Origin: an uncultured Candidatus Saccharibacteria bacterium
GTDB lineage: Bacteria > Patescibacteriota > Minisyncoccia > Phycocordibacterales > PALSA-1337
Direction of reading: 5' to 3'
DNA length: 64,000 bases
Assembly: GCA_964358005.1 (NCBI GenBank)
Contig: CAYHNH010000002.1
Location: forward strand, 18,596-82,595
This document shows positions 55,538 to 64,000 of the stretch, piece after piece (the first letter of the stretch is position 1; the number at the start of each line of letters is the position of its first letter). The notes below the pieces were generated by a model, which had not been told where the DNA came from, did not search any database, and saw only the letters and a list, made by a program, of their open reading frames with translations. The translations under genes and the position numbers were made by a program.

Positions 55538-56125
55538 ATGCATCCCACATTTACCTTTGACGCCGACGCATTCGCGCGCGTCCAAAGGATCCTTAGCCTG
55601 AGATCAGACGACATCGCGCACATGCTAGCGACTGACAGATGCCTAGTGATCGGCAGAACCGGGCTGGGCAACATCCAGATCCTCTTCTGGAGCCAAGACG
55701 ACCGGAAATTCTTCGTTGCCGAGGTGATCGAGCTCGAAAGACGCGTAATCTCGATCGAGCTACTGACCCGGAACCATCCCAAGGTGGAGGAGGATGACCT
55801 CCTAGCCATGATCAGCCAAAGCTCTCGTGAATCAGCCTGCAAGAGACAGCGGCGGGAGAGGAGACAGCCGACCAATCCCCAAAACTACATCTTCACTTTT
55901 TCGCTCGGTCGGCCGGGCGCGGTGCCGCGGATAAAAAGGGTGAAGATACCTGTCAGCGATTTTCCGAGCTATGTTAGGGACCCGACCGGTCTCGAACGCG
56001 AGCGCGCTTTGATCGAGCGCCTCCAGTTCCTGATCGCGCAGGAGATCCAGCCGGGAGAGAATCTCCTCGGCATCAGAGTGAGCTCTGGTCAAAATGCTTG
56101 GCGGTTGCCCTTCAATCTGCCCTAG
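55538..56125 (+). CDS. hypothetical protein
   Basis: ORF divergent from truD and followed by a terminator. No recognised domain. Confidence 0.35.
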   Translation: MHPTFTFDADAFARVQRILSLRSDDIAHMLATDRCLVIGRTGLGNIQILFWSQDDRKFFVAEVIELERRVISIELLTRNHPKVEEDDLLAMISQSSRESACKRQRRERRQPTNPQNYIFTFSLGRPGAVPRIKRVKIPVSDFPSYVRDPTGLERERALIERLQFLIAQEIQPGENLLGIRVSSGQNAWRLPFNLP

Positions 56126-56130
56126 TTACA

Positions 56131-56162
56131 CAACCGGCGGCTTTGCCTCCGGTTTTATTGTT
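56131..56162 (+). terminator. rho-independent terminator
   Basis: AACCGGCGG ctttg CCTCCGGTT TTATTGTT. Confidence 0.5.
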
Positions 56163-56178
56163 CACGGAAATAACCACT

Positions 56179-57792
56179 CTACGCTTTCCTAAATGGCTCC
56201 AATTCCACCACGAATGTCGAGCCCTTGCCTTCTCCGGCTGATTCCGCCCTTATGGTGCCATGATGTGCCTCCACCATCTGCTTGGCCACGAACAGTCCGA
56301 GTCCGGTGCCCTTGATGTTGACCTTGTTGGCATTGTTGGCTCGCGAGAATTTCTGGAAGAGATGCGGCAATATCTCCGGATCTATGCCTATGCCAGTGTC
56401 CTTGATCTCAAATATGATGACCTGCCTCTTGTGATCGAATGACAGAGTAACTGCAACCGAGCCGGAAGGCGTGTATTTCACCGAATTATCTACGAGGTTG
56501 GCTATGACCTGCTTCAGCTTGTCGCGGTCAGCGGTTATGCGGTAATCGGTACCGTTGTTCTCGGCAGCGAAACTGAAGTTCAAGCCCTTACCCTCAATGT
56601 TCGGCTTGAGCTCGGCTATGACGTCCTCGACCATGAGTTTGAGGTCAATGGTCTCGAATGTATATTTCATCGTTCCGAGCTCTATCCTGCTGATATTAAG
56701 GTAGTCGTTAACTATACTGACCAGTGTGTTCGTAGAATCAAATATGCGCTCTATGCCCTCCTTGGCCGCCGGCGGCAGTTCTCCCATGTCGCCTTCGAGC
56801 AATAGAGAGCCGTAACCCTTCATGGCCGTAAGCGGCGCGCGCAGCTGATGCGTAGCGAACGACACGAACTCTGACTTCTGCCTATCCAGCTCCGTGAGGC
56901 GCGTATTGGCCTTCTCCAGATCATCTGCCAGCTTTTGGATGCGTTCGCGTTGTTCAATCTCGTTAAACACATTCTTTACCAACCAAATTCCAAATATAAC
57001 AGTCAAAACAAGGATAACTCCACCAATAATTGCATCCTCAAAACTCTGTGCAAGTACAACCCTAAATAGTAAGGTTATCCAGATCGTTGCTGTCAGCAAT
57101 TGAGCTGTTATAACCCTAATATCAAACAGCTTATATTTTAAAATCGCATAGGCAATAATGAGTGGATAAAATGCAAATAATATCACTGGAAACGGTGGAA
57201 TCAGTACATTGAAGGTCAGAAGGAAAACACTACTACCACCTATAAATCCAGCTACCGATGAAAAAAGGATGTACTTAAGTCTGTGACCTTCCTCTTTTGA
57301 AACCTTCTTTATCTTTAATGATAGTAATATCAACGCAAAAATTACCGTCGCAAAAAAGTAAACAGTAAATGCAACATACAGCGGCCCTGCATTTGGTACA
57401 TAGGGCAAAGTTCCCTTAGAGAATACATCGGTAACAAATAATACAGAAGGCGTAACGGATGCAAAATATATAGCTATTATTCCAAAAACAAATAAAAAGG
57501 GCTTATATTTTTTTAATTCTTCAATAACAGTAATTATAAAAAACAAATAAAAAAATGGAATAAATGATGCACCGATATGTAAAATAATATCGCTTAAAAC
57601 TGCGGCTTCTTTACTTGAGGCTATTAGCATACTGTAATAACCAAAACTCCATATGCCTGTTGATATAGAGAGCAAAAGCCAAATTATGCTTTTAAGTTGC
57701 TTCGAGTTACTTAAAAAAACCAACAATCCAGAACCGAGAGCAACTAAACCACCTATAAAAAGAGACAAGCTATAGTATGTAAAGAAAAACAT
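56179..57792 (-). CDS. sensor histidine kinase with N-terminal 7TM receptor domain (orphan)
   Basis: 7 TM helices, a coiled-coil linker, a HisKA H-box (SFATHQLRAPL), and HATPase_c N/G1/G2 boxes. Confidence 0.85.
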   Translation of the reverse strand: MFFFTYYSLSLFIGGLVALGSGLLVFLSNSKQLKSIIWLLLSISTGIWSFGYYSMLIASSKEAAVLSDIILHIGASFIPFFYLFFIITVIEELKKYKPFLFVFGIIAIYFASVTPSVLFVTDVFSKGTLPYVPNAGPLYVAFTVYFFATVIFALILLSLKIKKVSKEEGHRLKYILFSSVAGFIGGSSVFLLTFNVLIPPFPVILFAFYPLIIAYAILKYKLFDIRVITAQLLTATIWITLLFRVVLAQSFEDAIIGGVILVLTVIFGIWLVKNVFNEIEQRERIQKLADDLEKANTRLTELDRQKSEFVSFATHQLRAPLTAMKGYGSLLLEGDMGELPPAAKEGIERIFDSTNTLVSIVNDYLNISRIELGTMKYTFETIDLKLMVEDVIAELKPNIEGKGLNFSFAAENNGTDYRITADRDKLKQVIANLVDNSVKYTPSGSVAVTLSFDHKRQVIIFEIKDTGIGIDPEILPHLFQKFSRANNANKVNIKGTGLGLFVAKQMVEAHHGTIRAESAGEGKGSTFVVELEPFRKA

Positions 57793-57815
57793 GTTCTGTG
57801 GATTGATTATAACAT

Positions 57816-59471
57816 CTATTTCATCATTCCTTGATATAGGTATTTGTTGCCCAATTCAGATGCATTTGGTGTAGATATTAGAAATTCAGCAAGATCCTCT
57901 ATTGAGGAAAAAACTATGTTTGTCCCATGATGAGGCTCAATATGTACATCACCCATATACAAGGATTTGGATTTTAATGCATTTTCAAATACGTCCATTT
58001 TACCGGCTAATGCATATATTGAGGATTGAATGGTAGAACAAGCTACGTGTGGATTATCATATCCATGTACATAAAAACCCTCCGGAATAAGATTATGTTG
58101 AATATATCCATGCCAATGGACAAGAGCAACCCCATTTTTTGCCATACGGTTAGAAAATTCTTGTTGGATTCCAGTAGACTTCTCTATACGATTAAGAACT
58201 GACGAAATGATTGCATTACCAACGGCATGAGCGAGAATTACTCTGGTGTCAAACGAGGGACGATAGTCTCTCCTAATACGACAGCCTATTGGAGTCCTTA
58301 AATACATTTTCCCATTCACAAGACCCATGAGAAAAATGTCGCGATGGGGATCTATTTTTGTTTTATCCGAACCAGACCTTTGTGTTAAAACCCAGACATC
58401 AGGTACTTTTAAAAAAAACCTGCCCAGCGGCAATTCCATGATTAAGTAAAGCTCGTCGTTCTTAATGAAATAATCCTGACCAAGTTTAATAGAATGTTTA
58501 GAAATATCCTCGTCAGAAAGAGGTACTAATCCTACAGGGACCGATGGAAGCTGCCTGGCGAGAAATCCATAACTCATACCGCTCCTGTGATCTAAATGAA
58601 GCTTTCCAATCCACTTATAAAAACCAGACCTAAATGGCAAATCTTCAACTTTTTTACCAGGCGGGTACAAATTAGTTTTATTAAACTTTTCTCCCCCGGT
58701 AACGAAATCTTTTAGAAGAGTTTTATATGGGTCTGAATCTACATCAAAAGATTCTGGCTCTACTATGAAATCCTTAAGGTAAGGTGGTCTAATTGGAGCA
58801 GCTACCTTTGGTATAAGTGCCTTTAAAATATTTCCCTTAAAATTTTTATGTAAGGGATACACCGGGTGTGAAGCATTGAAATTATAAATTATAAACTTAT
58901 CCGCAGAGACAAGTATCGCAATTTGTGTCATATGATAAGAAAAAATATTCATCGCGGCATCAAAGTGCGTAGAGAAGTTGCTTGTTTCATCTATGCCTGC
59001 AGGACATTTTAATACAGTAATTATTGTGTTCTGCGTAAAACTAGATGTGTAATCCATAGGCAACTGAGAGGATCTATTCTCACCCAAAGCAACAACTGTT
59101 ATTCCTTTTCTTATTCGCATTCTTTTAAAAAGGTTTAAAAAAGCTCCAGCGTGAATATTATGATAGGAATGGTCTTTGTTGATCATCTCTAAAACCGTAT
59201 ATAAAAAATTATTTGCGCAAATCTTTAGGAATCTTTTTAAAATTGTTGCAATAGAAATTTTCTCGAGAGATTTTTCATATGGAACTATCCTAACTCCTAG
59301 CTCTAGAAGTGCAGCCTCGAGCAAATCTTTAAAAATCAAGGTCTCCCTACTACAACTTTCAGAACTATATGGAAAAAAAGTAAAAACTAGTTTTTTGGCC
59401 ATCTGCTCAGGCTGAAGATCAGTAGAGGTTTCGATGCCCAGAATTCGCTCTATCGCTAATTTACTTAACAT
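57816..59471 (-). CDS. hypothetical 551-aa cytoplasmic protein, AT-rich, co-operonic with histidine kinase
   Basis: No TM helix or signal peptide, and no recognised motif. It lies 23 nt upstream of the histidine-kinase gene on the same strand. Confidence 0.6.
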   Translation of the reverse strand: MLSKLAIERILGIETSTDLQPEQMAKKLVFTFFPYSSESCSRETLIFKDLLEAALLELGVRIVPYEKSLEKISIATILKRFLKICANNFLYTVLEMINKDHSYHNIHAGAFLNLFKRMRIRKGITVVALGENRSSQLPMDYTSSFTQNTIITVLKCPAGIDETSNFSTHFDAAMNIFSYHMTQIAILVSADKFIIYNFNASHPVYPLHKNFKGNILKALIPKVAAPIRPPYLKDFIVEPESFDVDSDPYKTLLKDFVTGGEKFNKTNLYPPGKKVEDLPFRSGFYKWIGKLHLDHRSGMSYGFLARQLPSVPVGLVPLSDEDISKHSIKLGQDYFIKNDELYLIMELPLGRFFLKVPDVWVLTQRSGSDKTKIDPHRDIFLMGLVNGKMYLRTPIGCRIRRDYRPSFDTRVILAHAVGNAIISSVLNRIEKSTGIQQEFSNRMAKNGVALVHWHGYIQHNLIPEGFYVHGYDNPHVACSTIQSSIYALAGKMDVFENALKSKSLYMGDVHIEPHHGTNIVFSSIEDLAEFLISTPNASELGNKYLYQGMMK

Positions 59472-59545
59472 TTAATTGGGTTAAACCAGGGTAGTGGATA
59501 TACGAGTATTATTGTATCATAGGAATTTGACCACTACTTATAGTT

Positions 59546-61255
59546 ATGACAATCACAATATATTCAATATTAAACTGGATAACAGGGCTGATTCTTATTT
59601 CGGTAGCCTTTGCCATATATTTTCCAAGTGATAAATCACTTTCCGCAAGACTTTGTTCATTACTTTCGCTGGTAACAGGAGTATGGAGCTTGTTTATAGC
59701 TTTATCAGTTTCCGCAAATGACCTTTTTGTTGGGCTTATATTGCTAAAATCATGTCACTTTCTTGGAACACTAATTGCATCAGTTTTTATATTATTTTCA
59801 CTATCATATCCTAGTACAAAAAAAATAAAACCCGGAATAATCGCTGCATTTGCCATTGCTGAATTTATATTTGTATATCTAATCTTTTTCACTGACACAA
59901 TAATTCTAAATTCTCTGCTTTTACCGAATTTAGAATACTTTGCCTGGGAGTATGGCTCATTGCAGATATTTTTTGATATTTACTTTATTTTTTGTTGGAT
60001 AATTGGAATATTTGTACTTTATAACAAATTAAAGAGCTGTAGGGACGTAGAAATTACCAAAAATCTACAACTCATGCTAATTGCATTCATAATAAGTATT
60101 ACACCACCAACCTTTCTTACAATACTTTTACCGCAACTCGGAATTTTTGATTATTATTGGCTAAGCCCACTCTCCTGCTTATTTTGGATTATTGTTATCT
60201 CATACTCAATAACACGACATCATCTATTTAGGATAAAGGTTGTTGCCGCACAATTGATTACCTTTGTTCTCTGGATATTTATCCTCATCAGGATATTACT
60301 GGCAACCAATCCAAAGGAAATCATTATTGAGGGCACACTTCTTGGAATTACAATTATATCTGGAGTGTTTCTCGTAAAAGCAGTATTAAAGGAAACAAGA
60401 CAAAGAGAGAAAATTGAGCAATTGGCAAACAAATTACAGGATGCCTACAGGATAACTAGTGACCTCAACCACACCCTCGAAGCCAAGGTTGCGGCGCAGA
60501 CAGTGGAGATACGCAAGGCTTACGAGGCCGAGAAGCACGCTCGCCTGGAGCTGGAGAAGCTCAACGATGCCAAGGACCAGTTCATAATGATAACCCAGCA
60601 TCATTTGAGGACTCCGGTCACAAGCATGCTCTGGGCCATAGAATCGTCGCTCCAGGGAGCCTACGGGAAGATGGGCGCGGCGCTTCGGTCCGTTCTCGAA
60701 GATGCCCAGACATCCGGAAAGCGTCTGATGAAGATAGTCGATGATTTCTTGAACATAACTGCCATAAAGATCGGCACTAACATCTTGAATATATCCAAAG
60801 TCAGTCTGAAACCGGCCATGGATGACATTCTGCTGGAATTGAAGGGCAGCATAGACAAAATGAGGCTCATGGTTTCGTTCCCTGCTGATGGTAATAGCTG
60901 GCCAGAACTGCCGGTAGATTACGACAAGATGCGCGAGAGTCTCTTCATAATCATGGAGAATGCCGTGAGATACAACGAGGAAGGCGGCTCTGTGAAGATA
61001 GCAACGTCCAGGCAGGAGGATCGATTCGTGATATCGGTGGAGAATACCGGTCTCGGCATATCCGGCGAGGAGTCGACAAGGATAGGCAACGCTCTGTTCT
61101 ACAGAGGTGACTATGCCAGGAAGGCCTACCCCATTGGCATGGGAATCGGGCTGTCTGTCGTAAAGGCGATCATCAGGGCCCATCATGGGACTTTCAGCAT
61201 CACCTCCGAGGGCAAAGGTAAGGGTGCCAAAGCGTCGGTCTCCCTTCCCATATGA
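59546..61255 (+). CDS. sensor histidine kinase with N-terminal 7TM receptor domain (orphan; paralog of 56179..57792)
   Basis: Same architecture as the 56179..57792 kinase: 7 TM helices, an H-box (ITQHHLRTPV), and HATPase_c. The two linker regions align (KYKLFDIRVITAQLL vs RHHLFRIKVVAAQLI). Confidence 0.85.
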   Translation: MTITIYSILNWITGLILISVAFAIYFPSDKSLSARLCSLLSLVTGVWSLFIALSVSANDLFVGLILLKSCHFLGTLIASVFILFSLSYPSTKKIKPGIIAAFAIAEFIFVYLIFFTDTIILNSLLLPNLEYFAWEYGSLQIFFDIYFIFCWIIGIFVLYNKLKSCRDVEITKNLQLMLIAFIISITPPTFLTILLPQLGIFDYYWLSPLSCLFWIIVISYSITRHHLFRIKVVAAQLITFVLWIFILIRILLATNPKEIIIEGTLLGITIISGVFLVKAVLKETRQREKIEQLANKLQDAYRITSDLNHTLEAKVAAQTVEIRKAYEAEKHARLELEKLNDAKDQFIMITQHHLRTPVTSMLWAIESSLQGAYGKMGAALRSVLEDAQTSGKRLMKIVDDFLNITAIKIGTNILNISKVSLKPAMDDILLELKGSIDKMRLMVSFPADGNSWPELPVDYDKMRESLFIIMENAVRYNEEGGSVKIATSRQEDRFVISVENTGLGISGEESTRIGNALFYRGDYARKAYPIGMGIGLSVVKAIIRAHHGTFSITSEGKGKGAKASVSLPI

Positions 61256-61794
61256 TATACGCCTATTTGACCGCGATTGCCGCGCTTTCGGTCATCCTGC
61301 TTTTTGTGATCATCCCACGAATCATAAGGACTTCGAAGAAAAAGGCACCCTTTGTTCGAACACGCAACGGAGCAGTGCCTGAGATCCTGAAACTGCTCCA
61401 GTTGAATGATGGAAGCGTGCTATACGACCTCGGATGCGGCGACGGCAGAATCCTTCGGGCGGCGGTAGCCTCGACAAAAGGGCTGACAGGGGTCGGCATT
61501 GAGAATGATTGGTTGCCGATCATATTCTCACATTTTAGACCCAAACTGGCAGGAACAGAGATCATCAAAGGAGACATCTTCAAGACTCCGCTCGACAAGG
61601 CGACCCATATCTACTGCTACCTCTTCCCACAGGTCATGATCAATCTTGAGCCAGTTGTACTAGCCAAATGCCGTCCAGGCACAAGGATAGTCTCATGCGA
61701 CTTCCCTTTTCCCAATCTGACGCCGGTACAGACTGTCACGTTGCCAGGCAATAGATACATGCTAGCCAGGACTTTATACCTATACGTGCTCTAA
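61252..61794 (+). CDS. small membrane-anchored class I SAM-dependent methyltransferase
   Basis: N-terminal TM helix and motif I (LYDLGCGDGRIL). It overlaps the kinase stop (ATGA). Confidence 0.65.
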   Translation: MIYAYLTAIAALSVILLFVIIPRIIRTSKKKAPFVRTRNGAVPEILKLLQLNDGSVLYDLGCGDGRILRAAVASTKGLTGVGIENDWLPIIFSHFRPKLAGTEIIKGDIFKTPLDKATHIYCYLFPQVMINLEPVVLAKCRPGTRIVSCDFPFPNLTPVQTVTLPGNRYMLARTLYLYVL

Positions 61795-61926
61795 AATACG
61801 CGATAATACGCCCAAGAATGGCCGCGAATAAAATCTTCATTAAAATTTGAACTTTTCTTCATCGTTCCTTGAACCTTGTTGTTGTAGGATGGTGTTCGAT
61901 GATTTCATCACTGACGACAATCGGTA

Positions 61927-62700
61927 TCACGTTACTGGCGTTATCGGCGCTTTCCATTGGTATTTTGGCTGTTTTAGCGTACGGGATCTACTGGTCTCAC
62001 AAGGGGAAGTAGGAGCCGGCAAAGCGCGGATCCTGTCCATGACATAGTTGGCCTGAGCTTTGAAATCCTCAGCCGTCGGGACGACCGAGCTTTTGGCTAT
62101 GCCCCATACAGGCTCACCGAACGAGACTGACAGCTTGCAACGACCAAGGAATAGATCCGCGGGCGTAAGACCAAAAGTGCCACCAATGCGGACAGGTACT
62201 ATCGGCCTGCCGGTCGCGTATGAGAGATATGCCACGCCGCCCTTACCCTGTTGAATCGTGCCATCTGGAGTCGCTCGGCCTTCCGGGAAGATGCACAAGC
62301 TGCCCCCCTCGCGAAGTATGAGCTCGTGAGGAGCGAGCGACTTGGCATAGTCATGCAGGCCGACTTTGACCGCGTAAGCGCCCCAGATATTGAAGAAGGC
62401 TCCGCCATAGAAGCGCTGTCTCCAGCCGGCGCGCCTGTAGAACGCCTGTTCTCGCGAGGTATAGAAGATAGGCGAGAAGCGCGAGAAAAACGGCAGGCAT
62501 CCAGGCACCATGAATACATCCATCTCGCTCGAATGATTGCAGGCGAATATGGCATTGTGAGGGACTTTCTTGAGATTCTCTCTGCCCTTCATCTCCACGT
62601 GGCCGAATAGGACAAGGAGCAGGCGTGTCGGGACCCAGATGATCTGCTGGAGGAGCCACGGACTCACGAAATACCAGAGCTTGACCGATTTCATTTCCAA
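61927..62700 (-). CDS. plsC: 1-acyl-sn-glycerol-3-phosphate acyltransferase
   Basis: HX4D motif (CNHSSEMD) and the FPEGRATP block. Confidence 0.8.
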   Translation of the reverse strand: MEMKSVKLWYFVSPWLLQQIIWVPTRLLLVLFGHVEMKGRENLKKVPHNAIFACNHSSEMDVFMVPGCLPFFSRFSPIFYTSREQAFYRRAGWRQRFYGGAFFNIWGAYAVKVGLHDYAKSLAPHELILREGGSLCIFPEGRATPDGTIQQGKGGVAYLSYATGRPIVPVRIGGTFGLTPADLFLGRCKLSVSFGEPVWGIAKSSVVPTAEDFKAQANYVMDRIRALPAPTSPCETSRSRTLKQPKYQWKAPITPVT

Positions 62701-62716
62701 ATTTGTAACATAAAAA

Positions 62717-63544
62717 TCAACCTAAATCAATACCGAAGATTCTCTTAGCATTGGCAAGAAGCGCATCCTCGACTACCGCCAGCGGCAGCTTTTTTATCTG
62801 GGCTATTTTCTCGATGGTATGCGACACAAATGAAGGCTCATTGCGCTTTCCCCTATTCGGGACTGGCGAGACGAACGGGCAGTCCGTCTCTGCCTGAATC
62901 ATGTCGAGCGGGATATATTCTACGAGCTCCTCATACTGACGAGCGAAGGTGATGACACCCGTGAATGAAAGCGTGTAGCCGAGATCCAGAAAAGCCCGAG
63001 CCTCACTGGTAGTCCCGGCGAAGAAATGCACATCGCCAGCCACTCTAGAATGAGCTTTGAGTATGTCGAGAGCATCACGATATGCCTCTCGAATATGGAG
63101 CATCAGCGGTTTGCCGGATTCATTGGCAAGCTCGATCTGCGATAGGAATGCCCTCTTTTGCTTTTCAGCAGCAGCCGGTTCGGACCTGTAATAATCCAGG
63201 CCGCACTCTCCTATGCCAACAACCTTCGGATGCTTCAGAAACTCGCGGTAGACGACCGGATTGAATTCCTCGCCGCGCGAAGAGAATTCCTGCCCACCCT
63301 CGCCCAACTCCTCTTTGTCATGAAATGAGGCCGAGGTGTGGACTGGATGCAAGCCGACTATGGCATATACTCCCTTGTCATATTTGGAGGCTACATCTAC
63401 GGAAGCTTTCGAGGTGTCGCGCTGAGTACCGACGTTTATGAAAGCCGTCCCGCTATCGAGCGAGCGGGCTACGACCTCATCCCTGTCCGCTTCATAAGCG
63501 GCAAAGTTCAGATGGGCGTGAATGTCGATACGGCGAAAAGGCAC
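62717..63544 (-). CDS. tatD: TatD family hydrolase (DNase)
   Basis: Metal-binding HxH at the N-terminus (IDIHAHL), with conserved E/H/D positions. Confidence 0.8.
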   Translation of the reverse strand: MPFRRIDIHAHLNFAAYEADRDEVVARSLDSGTAFINVGTQRDTSKASVDVASKYDKGVYAIVGLHPVHTSASFHDKEELGEGGQEFSSRGEEFNPVVYREFLKHPKVVGIGECGLDYYRSEPAAAEKQKRAFLSQIELANESGKPLMLHIREAYRDALDILKAHSRVAGDVHFFAGTTSEARAFLDLGYTLSFTGVITFARQYEELVEYIPLDMIQAETDCPFVSPVPNRGKRNEPSFVSHTIEKIAQIKKLPLAVVEDALLANAKRIFGIDLG

Positions 63545-63545
63545 G

Positions 63546-64000
63546 TTATATCTCGCCTTCAGTGGAGGAATTTATCTTCAGCTGGACGCTGACGATCTGG
63601 GTAGGGTTGTTATTGGCCGTGCAAGTGATCTTGAATTGGTATATCCCGGGCGCCGCTCCGCCAATGAGGTTTGTGCTGGTGTTACCTGACCACGTCTTGG
63701 TGCCATTGTTGTTATTCTGCATGCCGAGGTTACCGCTCCAATTGGAATTCCAGTTCTGATAACCGGGATTGGATCCATCCGAGGCTGTGACGGTCGGCGA
63801 GCATGAGTAGACATTTGACATAGTGAATGGTCCCCAGGCCAGAGCAAAACCATTCCCCTGCTTCACCGTGAGTGAGGATAGCGTGGCGGTGCTTACAGTG
63901 CGTCCTATACGCAGATCGCTCTGGCCGACTGGTACTATCACAGTCACACTAGGACAGGTTATGAGGGACGAGAGCGAACTACCGCTCCTGATCTTCACTG
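63546..64000 (-). CDS. hypothetical secreted/surface protein, Asn/Ser/Thr-rich (5' end probably beyond the window edge)
   Basis: The ORF runs to the window end with a GTG at 63998. The region is low-complexity and N/S/T/G-rich. Confidence 0.4.
   Translation of the reverse strand, partial: VKIRSGSSLSSLITCPSVTVIVPVGQSDLRIGRTVSTATLSSLTVKQGNGFALAWGPFTMSNVYSCSPTVTASDGSNPGYQNWNSNWSGNLGMQNNNNGTKTWSGNTSTNLIGGAAPGIYQFKITCTANNNPTQIVSVQLKINSSTEGEI

Noticed and set aside
63600-63760. Asn-rich C-terminal region of the edge gene as a possible DGR variable repeat.
   Set aside because: No reverse transcriptase or template repeat lies within the window. AAT and AAC codons are mixed. The context resembles an Ig-like low-complexity domain rather than a C-type lectin fold.
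1-64000. CRISPR arrays, rRNA and tRNA genes.
   Set aside because: No direct-repeat/spacer periodicity of 28-37 nt was seen. The only strong tandem repeat is the coding 12-mer at 32461-32735. No rRNA-like stretches or tRNA cloverleaf signatures were seen by eye.

Overview
This 64-kb window is bacterial chromosomal DNA with about 70 protein-coding genes. No rRNA, tRNA or CRISPR array was recognised by eye.

The first 12 kb carry a translation/chaperone core: infA-rpmJ-rpsM-rpsK-rpsD-rpoA-rplQ-rplM-rpsI with its own sigma70-type promoter, then grpE ... dnaK ... dnaJ. The rpmJ gene (L36, 38 aa) falls below the ORF-track cutoff and is called here from the sequence.

Further recognised genes include an RND efflux pair, trpS, scpA/scpB, ftsW-murG, gltX, an M23 peptidase, ctpA, a CorA-like transporter, cysS, dnaB, an MFS transporter, recR, rplU, rmuC, truD, plsC and tatD.

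Between about 26.6 and 39.7 kb sits a large cell-envelope/glycosylation cluster: a GT2 enzyme with a LAB_N partner, four GT-C/GT39 (PMT/ArnT-like) membrane glycosyltransferases, an amidase, an SLT-like protein, and a secreted Cys-rich protein with a (PPSE)n linker encoded by a 12-nt tandem repeat.

Between about 56.2 and 61.3 kb lies an AT-rich segment with two paralogous orphan 7TM histidine kinases arranged divergently around a 551-aa protein of unknown function.

Non-genic signals worth a second look:
- a recurring -10 hexamer 6-8 nt upstream of start codons, suggesting leaderless mRNAs;
- two paralogous small coiled-coil genes whose upstream regions share a conserved ~55-nt block;
- a 43-nt palindromic element present twice, each copy downstream of a plus-strand gene;
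- clusters of perfect hairpins and nested long-range stems in the gltX-upstream and rpmA-downstream spacers.

Many antisense or alternative-frame ORFs in the supplied track are spurious. Hand-derived coordinates for non-ORF features carry a tolerance of about ±2 nt.
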